Below are positions 51,153 through 60,656 of a stretch of DNA of 64,000 bases, piece after piece (positions within the stretch are counted from its first letter, which is position 1; each line of letters opens with the position of its first letter). A program made the translations under genes and the position numbers. Source of the stretch: Trypanosoma brucei (Eukaryota). The stretch spans positions 1,280,001-1,344,000 of the forward strand of contig CP000070.1 of NCBI GenBank assembly GCA_000002445.1. The letters are read 5' to 3'. The notes below the pieces were generated by a model. The model had not been told where the DNA came from, did not search any database, and saw only the letters and a program-made list of their open reading frames with translations.

Positions 51153-54092
51153 GTGCGTTGGAGAGGGGTAATGCACGACGGGTCGCAGCAAGATGCGTCC
51201 CACGGAGCGACTGCAATGAACAGTGGTGTGGTTCCGGATGGCCAGTGGAGGGTGGATGAAAATATCATTATCCGAGAGATACTTGCAATGAATACACTTG
51301 CCATGCAGAGGTGCGATACGGGGGCACTCGATGAATCAAGTAGTATTCTTACTGATGCCTACATGAAACTGCACAACGATACATCAACCGGTGAATCCCA
51401 GGGGTTAGACGCGGTACGTGCAACGACACTCAACAACCTTGGTGTTGTTGAATGCCACCGCGGGCAGCATCGACAGGCGCTAAGTCATTTCGAAGCCGCA
51501 CGGCAGTTGGAGGAGGCGTGGAGTGCCGCCTCCCCTTCCGTGGCTTTGAACAGCTGTGCTGCATATAATGCACTTGGAATGTATGACAAAGCCACGGCTG
51601 CTGCAATGGAAACTATCAATATGTTGCGCAGGTTGTTTGCCCAACAAGAGTTTCAGGGATCGCCTACCGGTGAAGTTGCTTCTACCCCCGGTGGAAGCTG
51701 TGGCGCACAACCTCAGAGCGATGGGATGAATGTTGCCAGTTCCGACAACGCAGCACTGTGGGGTGCCGCCTGGCACAATTTGGCGGTTGCGCAAATCAAC
51801 ACGGCAAAGAGCAGCACTGATCTGAGTGAGTACACCAATGCTGCGGCTCTGTTCCAGAATGCTATGCGTGCGACGCAAGAGTTGTTAGGGTATGACCATC
51901 CGATGACAAAGAGTGTGACGGAGACATACCGTGCGGTACGCAACGCGCTACGGACGCACGGCGTTTATAAACAACACCACACTCTCTTTACGGCACCTTT
52001 GAGGCCTGCGGACCCGCGTGATGAGGCGGATGATATGGAGCAGTATTTCAAGCAATGTGGCATCAAGTCGAGGAGACGGGCTTTGGAAAAGTATTACCGC
52101 GATTTGACCATCACGTTCTGTGGTGCTGTGACGAATGGAGTGAAACTGACTGAGCGGCTCGATCCCACTCCGTACCCCCTGGCAAAAGATGTGTCATTTC
52201 GCAGGAGTGGTCAAAAGGATTCACTGCGAATGTTGCGAGCAATACCGACGGGGAGCACTATTGAGAAAGCATGTCACCTGTACGGTAATCCACATCCTTT
52301 GCTATTTTCGTTACCGCCTGAGTACCGTGCAAGTGAGGTGGGGACTGCAAAGAGTATCCCAAAAGCTGCATCAGCTAATTCTTTTGCAAAAGTGCCTATG
52401 AAACCCAATGCTCTCGCAAGCTCCAGAAGACCACAACCGAAGCGTGAGCAGATATTTAACGAGGGGCAAAGGAGAATGCAAATTCAGTCGAATATGCCAA
52501 AGCAGCAGCAGCGCCAAATCGGTCCGCCATCGACTGTGGTGAACTATTCACGCGCACTACAGGAAACCCCGGGAGCTGCGCCAACTATTCCTCAGATTAC
52601 CCCTCTGAGTTACAAAGCGAGCATCGATGAGCACTGGCAACCACCAGTTAATCAAACTCCGGCACCTGTGAATTACAACTGGTCCGTTCAACAGCAGGCA
52701 CCAAATACTGTCCCAACGGCTCCGCTTGTTTACCAGCAGGCATCAGTTAATCAAACTCCGGCACCTGTGAATCACAACTGGTCCGTTCAACAGCAGGCAC
52801 CAAATACTGTCCCAACTGCTCCGCTTGTTTACCAACAGACGCCAGTTAATCAGGGTCAAGCACCTTTGAATCACAACTGGTCCGCTCAACAGCAGGCACC
52901 AAACGTTGTTCCAACGGCTCCGCTTGTTTACCAGCAGGCATCAGTTAATCAAACTCCGGCGCCTGTGAATCACAACTGGTCCGTTCAACAGCAGGCACCA
53001 AACACTGTTCCAACTGCTCCGCTTGTTTACCAGCAGGCACCAGTTGATCAAACTCCGGCGCCTGTGAATTACAACTGGTCCGCTCAACAGCAGGCACCAA
53101 ATACTGTTCCAACTGCTCCACTTGTTTACCAACAGGCACCAGTTAGTCAGGGTCAAGCGCCTGCCGTGGCCAGTCAACCCCCCCTGAACCAGATGCCGAA
53201 CGTTTCTCAAGGAGAATCATTTGATCACCAGCAAGGGATGAGTGGACGACAGGAACCTTTGCGCCAGCAAGAACAGCAGATGCTGGCCTCATGCCGCCGG
53301 CAAGCTCCCGCTGACCTTGGCCAGGGAGCTGCAGCCGACCACCGTTCGCATCAGGAGTCGGTCTCTAATAATACCCTGGTAGTTGGTGGACAGGAAGAAA
53401 AAAAGAAGAAGGACCATGTGCAACCTGTTCCCGCTGCACCCGCGGCTGTTCCTGCTGGGCCCGCGGTCGGTGAGGCTTCGAAGCCTGCAGCGGCGGTTCG
53501 AGGGCCCCTTCCACCCCTGAAATCACCACCAGGTGGTCGTGTGATAGCAAAGGCTGAGACATCCGATGGAGTTGAGGGAATCGTTAGTGCGCCACGCAAA
53601 GCTTCGTCCGGAGGGCAAACAGCGACATATGATGCACGGAGAGCCTACGAGCAAATAAAGTACATTCTACTGGCCGACCCACCGGCCGAGGCTTCCCGGA
53701 GAAAATCTAAGCAAGACCGTAGCAAAAAGGATTCTGTGCCTGCAAATGTGCCCCAACAGGAATGTGGCCCCTGGACCGATAACGCAGCACCCGCAGCCGG
53801 GGAGTCACCAACGGAGCATAAGCCTCACCGTCTATTTGATGCTTTATGGGTTTCGGGCGGGGGCCCAGCTGACCAGGCCCCGCTGCGCGTAGTTGGGAAG
53901 CCCAGCTACTTTGTGTCATCCGTCCTTGACATGCGCCAGGGTCAGGCGGAATTCCCTGAGGAGGTGATGCAGATGGTGGCGGAAAATAGTCGTTCCTCTT
54001 GTTCCGATGTGGAGGAAAGACATTCTCAGACGATGGGGCCCGCGCAACACTCATGCACTGAGGCTGGAATACCCACACATGATCAGTCATGA
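51153..54092 (+). CDS. TPR-like repeat protein (N-terminus) with an internal array of six 33-aa Q/P-rich repeats and a Pro/Ala-rich C-terminal region
   Basis: N-terminal helical repeats (LNNLGVVECHRGQHRQALSHFEAARQLEE; AYNALGMYDKATAAAMETI; WHNLAVAQI) are TPR-like. The central repeat block has the shape VNQTPAPVN[HY]NWS[VA]QQQAPNTVPTAPLVYQQ[AT][SP] x6. Confidence 0.75.
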   Translation: MRWRGVMHDGSQQDASHGATAMNSGVVPDGQWRVDENIIIREILAMNTLAMQRCDTGALDESSSILTDAYMKLHNDTSTGESQGLDAVRATTLNNLGVVECHRGQHRQALSHFEAARQLEEAWSAASPSVALNSCAAYNALGMYDKATAAAMETINMLRRLFAQQEFQGSPTGEVASTPGGSCGAQPQSDGMNVASSDNAALWGAAWHNLAVAQINTAKSSTDLSEYTNAAALFQNAMRATQELLGYDHPMTKSVTETYRAVRNALRTHGVYKQHHTLFTAPLRPADPRDEADDMEQYFKQCGIKSRRRALEKYYRDLTITFCGAVTNGVKLTERLDPTPYPLAKDVSFRRSGQKDSLRMLRAIPTGSTIEKACHLYGNPHPLLFSLPPEYRASEVGTAKSIPKAASANSFAKVPMKPNALASSRRPQPKREQIFNEGQRRMQIQSNMPKQQQRQIGPPSTVVNYSRALQETPGAAPTIPQITPLSYKASIDEHWQPPVNQTPAPVNYNWSVQQQAPNTVPTAPLVYQQASVNQTPAPVNHNWSVQQQAPNTVPTAPLVYQQTPVNQGQAPLNHNWSAQQQAPNVVPTAPLVYQQASVNQTPAPVNHNWSVQQQAPNTVPTAPLVYQQAPVDQTPAPVNYNWSAQQQAPNTVPTAPLVYQQAPVSQGQAPAVASQPPLNQMPNVSQGESFDHQQGMSGRQEPLRQQEQQMLASCRRQAPADLGQGAAADHRSHQESVSNNTLVVGGQEEKKKKDHVQPVPAAPAAVPAGPAVGEASKPAAAVRGPLPPLKSPPGGRVIAKAETSDGVEGIVSAPRKASSGGQTATYDARRAYEQIKYILLADPPAEASRRKSKQDRSKKDSVPANVPQQECGPWTDNAAPAAGESPTEHKPHRLFDALWVSGGGPADQAPLRVVGKPSYFVSSVLDMRQGQAEFPEEVMQMVAENSRSSCSDVEERHSQTMGPAQHSCTEAGIPTHDQS
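52647..53165 (+). repeat. In-frame 99-bp tandem repeat array (about 5.2 copies, slightly degenerate) inside the 51153-54092 CDS
   Basis: The 'gttaatca' motif recurs at 52647, 52746, 52845 and 52944, giving a 99-nt period. Further copies follow, with third-position and a few replacement differences. Confidence 0.85.
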
Positions 54093-55265
54093 AAGGGTAC
54101 TGATCAAGATTTACGAGCGTGTATGTGTGCCACGTGCGAGTTAGATGTATAGTTGAACATGTGGTTTTCTCACCTACTGGTTATCAGGGAACAGGAGGAA
54201 GAGAGACGAGAAAAGAGAGTGTAGAACCCAGGCGGAATCCGGATGTGTAGAGTTTTTTTTATCCAACCCCCTCCTACAATCCCCAATTGTGACATTTTTG
54301 GATATGCAATGTTCAATTCTGTTGTACTTTTCGTGGGATATACCCCCCTTTCCGGACTGAATCCTCTTCCTGAAGATTGTTGACTTTGTTTCTCTGGTTT
54401 CCTGCTTTGTTCCCAGCAATGGGGGAACTTGTTCCTCTATTTTGCCATGTATGGTTCCGGCGGGGAGACCACAGCTACTATTCACATTATTGCTATTCGT
54501 TCCGTTTTCCTTTTCATCTCTGTATGTTTTTTTTTCCCTGACCCACTTAACGTATCTGTCCAACATACAGATGGGCTCGAGTGAGTGCACGATCTCAGTT
54601 AAAGGACAAGAGGGACGGGATATGTTAGTGGTGGCGGCTGTGAGCTAGCTGAGCTTATTTGGACCACTGTAAGGTGTGCATGTGGTGTGGGGTGTCGCAG
54701 TGGAATTTATAGTGGCTGAGCCGGTGTTAGTTTTGGGATGCCTTCTTCGCTTTCCATTTTCTTACCTGCGTTCCATCGACTATTGCAGGTGATTTTTTTG
54801 TTACTGTATTCATTGCCGTTACTTGTTGTCGTAGTACATCACCGTATTTGCGCACCGTAGTCGCCACTCTAGACGTTGTGTGCCACAAAGTTTGCCATGC
54901 ATGGAACTGATGTACAATATGATATGTACGTTGTGCGTATATGCCGTAGGCTGCGGGATGAATTGTTTGGGCCGTTACTTAGCTTTGTGTAGTGGCAATA
55001 TTTCTGTTGTTGTTCCCACTGGTAGCTATGTTTTATTCACTGTCTTCTCTACTGTGACCAAGTTCTTGTCACGGACTCTTGAGGTTCATCCTCGCCGTTT
55101 TGTCGAATACGCTTCCACACCGCTGATCATCTCCGTATATCTTCCCTCCTTTTTATACACTTTTTTGTATGGAATGACCATTCGAATCCGATATCAAAAA
55201 GAGTGAAACTAAAAAAAAAAGTTTTGCATTACTTCAATTAATTAGTACACATTACACCCAACGTC

Positions 55266-56813
55266 ATGACCGGTGGGGAGTTGGATGTGGTTAACCGCAT
55301 TCACAGGGAGCAACGCAACCGAAACGCATTTTGCATGTGGTGGATTGGCATGATTAACAACTTCCACTACTGCTTGGTGCTAAGTGGTTCCCTGAGTCTT
55401 GCTGAGGGATATGGAATGAGACAATACGTTGCACTGATTACGTGGGCGAATGTGTTCTTCGGAATTGTGGCCCGTATTATTAATGCATTGGTTCTCTCAC
55501 TACTGTCGTTCAACATCCGCGTGACAGTAACGTATTTTATGGGGCTGTTGGCAATTTTCTTGGTGAGCTTCGCTTATGACATCGGTGGACACAACAACGT
55601 TGCTGCTTTTGTTGTACTACTCATCGGTGTCGTCTTCATCGGTACTGCGAGTAGCTACGGCGAGTCCGTGTTTCTTGGATATATGGAGCGGTTACCGTCC
55701 AAGCAGGTCGGTGCGTGGTCCTCCGGGACGGGCCTGTCGGGCGTTGCTGCCTCTCTTATTTATCTCGGACTGGCACACGCTGGTTTTTCAAACTCCTCTA
55801 TCTTCCTCATGAGCACACCGTTTCTTGCGATGTACTGGGCATTTTACTTTTTCGGCCTTAAACTGCCCGTTGAAACGCGGGAGGGTGGGTACAAAGCAAT
55901 GGTGAACTGGAAGGGCACGCCGTGGAGGTCCATCACTCCGGTGCCTCATAATAAGATGCCCGAATGTTTGAAGGATATGCGACAGGAACAATGTTTGGCA
56001 ACTGAGGGGTACGAAGATGGCATGTACTCTGAGCAAGACGGAGACGACTCGCACCGGTCGCAAACCTTCAACGAGTATACTTGGCCTATTTTGAAGTCGA
56101 TGCACAAGTTTACATTGTGGAACAACTTCAACCTTGCCAGTGTGTACATTGCGGAGTACGCTGTTCAGTTCATGGCACCTTTCTGTTTCCCTTGCAAGCA
56201 ACTGAAGGAGAGCAAGAGCTTCTGGATAAAGAATGCGTTCGTATTGACACAGTTCTGCTATCAGTTTGGCGTTTTGATTTCTCGCAGCAGTCTTGTGTGC
56301 GTTCGCATTCGGCAGGTGTGGATTTTGACTGTTATTCAAGTGATTAACGCTGTCGCATGGTTTGTGGAAGCAAAGGTACACTTCCTGGAGGACCCCGACG
56401 ATGAGAAGCGGCAGCTTACATTCACTTTCATTTTGTTTGCGTGGATGGTTTTTGTGGGGCTTTTGGGTGGGGCCTCTTATGTGAATGTCTTCTACAACAT
56501 ACTTGAGGAGACGAAGGAGGCTCAGAATGCTGAGATTGCTGAATTCGTTGCTTGGCGCGGGAGGAAGAGGGCACCTGGGCTATCAAGTGAGCGCGTTTTT
56601 AACGATACAGAGTTTGGGGAGCCTTTGGGTTCAGAAGAGGAGGAAGCCACCATTATACGAGACTGTGTTGCTCACATTACCGCCGAGTGGAAGACAAAGC
56701 GTGACATGGCCATGAACATCGGTGCCCTTTACGTTACTGTTGGCATCACGCTTGGATCCCTCCTTGATCTCTTTTTTACGGTGGTCGTACTGCGCGGTGG
56801 TGGTTGCAGTTAG
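55266..56813 (+). CDS. CLN3: CLN3/battenin-family multipass membrane protein
   Basis: N-terminal signature FCMWWIGMINNFHYCLVLSGSLSLAEG matches the CLN3 motif F(W)LLGLCNNFSYVVMLSAA. It has 10 or more hydrophobic helices and an acidic loop (EGYEDGMYSEQDGDD) in the middle. Overall length about 500 aa. Confidence 0.8.
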   Translation: MTGGELDVVNRIHREQRNRNAFCMWWIGMINNFHYCLVLSGSLSLAEGYGMRQYVALITWANVFFGIVARIINALVLSLLSFNIRVTVTYFMGLLAIFLVSFAYDIGGHNNVAAFVVLLIGVVFIGTASSYGESVFLGYMERLPSKQVGAWSSGTGLSGVAASLIYLGLAHAGFSNSSIFLMSTPFLAMYWAFYFFGLKLPVETREGGYKAMVNWKGTPWRSITPVPHNKMPECLKDMRQEQCLATEGYEDGMYSEQDGDDSHRSQTFNEYTWPILKSMHKFTLWNNFNLASVYIAEYAVQFMAPFCFPCKQLKESKSFWIKNAFVLTQFCYQFGVLISRSSLVCVRIRQVWILTVIQVINAVAWFVEAKVHFLEDPDDEKRQLTFTFILFAWMVFVGLLGGASYVNVFYNILEETKEAQNAEIAEFVAWRGRKRAPGLSSERVFNDTEFGEPLGSEEEEATIIRDCVAHITAEWKTKRDMAMNIGALYVTVGITLGSLLDLFFTVVVLRGGGCS

Positions 56814-57905
56814 CGTCTCTGCTACCATTGTGGTCTCACACCCTCTCTTGTAAGCTTTTTTCTTTGTTTTCTTTAATTAATTAATGTACCTCCCCCTCTT
56901 TGTTTGAATCCGGGTCATGGGAAGTGTCTTTCCCCTAGATAATCCGTTTTCTCGTTTGTGTGGTACTAGCACACACAAAATATGCCTTTTCAGCGGACTT
57001 TAAACAGCTGACATCGTTTTCATTTCTGAGGGTTAATACGATACAAAGTCGGGAGGTAGGCGCATGAGTAAACAGTTTTGAAGGAAAAAAAACTGAACGA
57101 GCGCGAGTAAAACATGATAAAGCTAAAAAGGAGGTGTTACGGTAGTAAAGCAAAGAAAAATAGAAAGCGCGAGGTTGGTAGAAAAGGGAAACAAACGTGG
57201 GTGCCGCGGGAGAATTTTGTTGCGTGATACCGTTATCCCACATCTGTTTCCCATATATTTTTCATAGTTTCGTTGAAACCCTTTGTGCTATGCCACTTTT
57301 AATGCCCCCTCATGCTTTTCATAACTATAAATCGTAAGAAAATTCGGAAGGGCGAGTGTCCCTCTCATTTATTTATTGAAGCAAGCCATTGTTACACAAG
57401 AACTAAACCTTCACTGCCTTCTCGCAATCTTTCTGCACCAACTCATTCATTTTTCCGGATGCATTGCGGAATCACGTGCTAATCTAAGTAGTAGCGTTTC
57501 CGGGCTCACTAACACTGTCGTTTTGGTACCTTATTGTCGGTGGTAGAAGCAGTGATATTTTAAAAAATCGGTTATATCTTACTTCTTGACGTTGATTATC
57601 CATGTGTCTCAACCTCCACGGGTAGAGCGAGCGTTCGGGCCGTTTCACCACCGTTTATTATTGTTTTTTTGTTGGGAATCTTTTTCTGCTTTCGTTGTCG
57701 TTGCATTACGGAGGTGTTTGTTTCTTGGGGGAATTTACTACATGCTGAATGCTTCTATTTATACCCCAACGTCCTAGGCTTTTTTTCTTCGCTTTTTTGA
57801 TTTTTGTGCAGCATCTTTGCTACGCAATAAGGTTACAAGTGCTTCGATGAGCATAGGACGTGCTTGGGTAAGTAAATTTGATCTTCAAAGTTATCTACGA
57901 CATTC

Positions 57906-59879
57906 TTGGCGTTGTTTACCGGCACTGAAATCCTTCACCGCCAACTAGCAGACTTGAAGATGGCACAAGGACGAGTTATTGAGTGGTTCTACGACTCCCT
58001 TCCCTCCTGTGTAGGTTTGTGGGATCACACAGATCGTTCCGATGGCGAATGCGACGTGCTGCAGCGGTCTTCGTGTTCGCTGTGTGACTCACGGCGGCAC
58101 TTGTTGAGAGCTATTCCCAAGGCATATAAATCCTACAAGGATCTTAAACATGGGGGCCTCACGGAGGAACCAACTGATGTGGCGGAACGACATGTCACCG
58201 CCATACGGATTATCCTGCAAGTGAGCTACAACAAATATGCTCTCGATGTGCCTAGCGGTCATGTGCTTACGGTTTCTGCTTTCTTGGATGATCTGTGCTG
58301 CCAGCTGCTATTAGCGATGGCCGGGGGAAGGTATGATATGGATGATGACGTAGCCGTGTGGTGGGAGTTTCTGGAGGACGCTGTTGAGGCGTTGGGTCTG
58401 CACGCTGTGTTGGGAATTGGTGGGGATGGAAGTACGCCCCTGCTGCGTCCCCTCATAACCACACAGTGCTCTCCACATTCTGCTCGCGGTGCGTCGGAAC
58501 ACGAAGCAGGATGTTTGTTTCCACTGAGAAGGTGGATCGCGGTCGTGCGGCATATTTGCAGAACCGTGGACGGAGTGGTGCACCTTCCTAGTTGTGACGC
58601 TGCTCATAGTGGTGACCCAAATGCAGGTGACACGCGGGACGCAGGAGGGAAGGGGACTACGGGGATGCTCCTGAATGGGGCCAACCCGCTGGACTCGTTG
58701 CTTTCAGCTGTTAAGTTACTTTGCAGCTGCCTTTCTAACTCCTTCTTTTGTCACGTGCCGCCGGTGTGTGGCTTAGTGAGAGGGTCTCAGGCCGTGGCAA
58801 GCGGCGGAGATGCGCCGAAGACCGAAAGTAGCGCCCAGCATTTAATTAGGTTAGCTATACGCACCAATATAATTACTTCTTGTCGTCGACATGTTGGAAC
58901 GGCGTTAAGTGACAGCGACTCTCCACCCGTTACCGATGCAGCACTGCGCGAAGGCCGCTGTTCAACACAAAGTATGCTTGGACAGCTGATTTTGCTCCGA
59001 TGTACTCATGAAGAGGGCTGTGTAGGATCTGAGGGAGAAAAACGAGGAGGATGTTTCTGCTGGCTAGTAGTTGCTTCATCGCTAGTTGGTGCTGCCTTTT
59101 GTGTCCTTGTGGATGAAGAAGGAAATGTACCGTTACACACTGAGAGCTTTCTCCTGTGCTTTGTGCAGGTTGCTATTGAGGAGTGGAAGCGGAAACTGCA
59201 GCGGTATTCGCTGGGTGGAACGGAGGGTTTGGAGCTGCTAACACATCTGTTTCGTCGCATTGTGTATCAGTTACAGTTGGGACGACTTGTTGACATCTTT
59301 GGCCGCTCAGCTGCTCTCGTGCCACGCATTTTGTCACGACAGTACGTTCTCGCCAGCACATTAGTTCTACCCAATACCGTTGGCAACATTAACGACGGTA
59401 GTGGGTCAGCTGCGGCTGTTACCAGCTGGTTACTGGACCACGCGATTCGACGCTGGAATTTTCATCCTTCCCTTTTACTTCCCTGTTGGTGTCGCCGTGG
59501 CGACGCGGTTAATGTTGTGCGTGACGCTCCGCACGACGACGAAGGTGCGTTAGGGGATGAATTACTTATACGTACTGTGTTAACCGGGCAGCACGGTGAC
59601 CACTATTTTTTGCGTACCTTCGTAGACCACTGTGCTGCCGCTCGTCGCGGGCGACTCGGGAGTGGTGGGCCGTCCCCATTGGCCGAGATTCACTACTATA
59701 GCGTTATGTTGAATATCGTGAGGGACATGATGGCTGGAGATGCCATAGGTTTTTTAACAAAAAACAACTCTGACGCTAACAGCCCGACAACCGTCGGCAA
59801 CGATGCTTTCCCACGATACGAATGCCTGAGGTTCTTCAACGATTGGATGGCAATGATCCGCAAGGAACTCACGTGCTAA
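57906..59879 (+). CDS. Hypothetical protein, 657 aa
   Basis: Long complex ORF in array orientation. No recognizable motif. Cys-rich in places. Confidence 0.55.
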   Translation: MALFTGTEILHRQLADLKMAQGRVIEWFYDSLPSCVGLWDHTDRSDGECDVLQRSSCSLCDSRRHLLRAIPKAYKSYKDLKHGGLTEEPTDVAERHVTAIRIILQVSYNKYALDVPSGHVLTVSAFLDDLCCQLLLAMAGGRYDMDDDVAVWWEFLEDAVEALGLHAVLGIGGDGSTPLLRPLITTQCSPHSARGASEHEAGCLFPLRRWIAVVRHICRTVDGVVHLPSCDAAHSGDPNAGDTRDAGGKGTTGMLLNGANPLDSLLSAVKLLCSCLSNSFFCHVPPVCGLVRGSQAVASGGDAPKTESSAQHLIRLAIRTNIITSCRRHVGTALSDSDSPPVTDAALREGRCSTQSMLGQLILLRCTHEEGCVGSEGEKRGGCFCWLVVASSLVGAAFCVLVDEEGNVPLHTESFLLCFVQVAIEEWKRKLQRYSLGGTEGLELLTHLFRRIVYQLQLGRLVDIFGRSAALVPRILSRQYVLASTLVLPNTVGNINDGSGSAAAVTSWLLDHAIRRWNFHPSLLLPCWCRRGDAVNVVRDAPHDDEGALGDELLIRTVLTGQHGDHYFLRTFVDHCAAARRGRLGSGGPSPLAEIHYYSVMLNIVRDMMAGDAIGFLTKNNSDANSPTTVGNDAFPRYECLRFFNDWMAMIRKELTC

Positions 59880-60656
59880 CGGAAAGTTGCCGCATTTTTT
59901 TCCCGCAGTAACGATGGTTTTTGAGGGCCGCATTTATACTATCTCTTACTTCTTTGCCTGTGCCCGTGTTTTTTTATTTACCCTAATTTTTTTTCCTTTA
60001 CCTTCCATTGTCTCGCTTTACCACTTCTCTCATACCAGATCCACCATTTCCCCGTATTCTCTTCCAATTGTCTCTGTCTTTTTTGAGGGCACCACCCCCT
60101 TTATTAACATCTTTGCTGCTTTTGTGCTTTATTATTTTTCTTTCCCCCTCTCGCTCACACACGCACACACACGACCAACTGGAACCAGGCTGCTTTGTTT
60201 ACCACTCCTGGTGGTATATGTTTGTCTGCTGCTGCGGGAGTGCTTCACATCGTTGGTTCTAACTACTTCGTTCCGTAACGGCGAAGGGGAGGGTAGGGGA
60301 GGATCAAAGGTTAATCGGTACAACGTGTGAAAGTCAGAGCCAAACTTAGGCGGCCAAAAGGGCGGGAGGTGGCAGAATAGCAGTGGGGCAACAAAGTAAG
60401 GGAGTTAAGTGCCGCCGCGGATTTGGAGGAGGAAGAGGAAGGGGAACTTTCTCTCCGTAGTGAAGTTATATTTTTCTAGCTTTTCTCGATTTGTGCTTTT
60501 GACTTGTTGCACAACCGTGGAAAGGGGAGCAGAGGGACTGAGACCAGAGTGGGAAAGGGGTGCTTGTTGAGTACGGTAGAGGTTTCGAAGTCCAGTTGAA
60601 GTTACGAGTGAGGGTTGTAAAATAAAAATAAATAAATCGCGAAGCGGTGAATCTCG

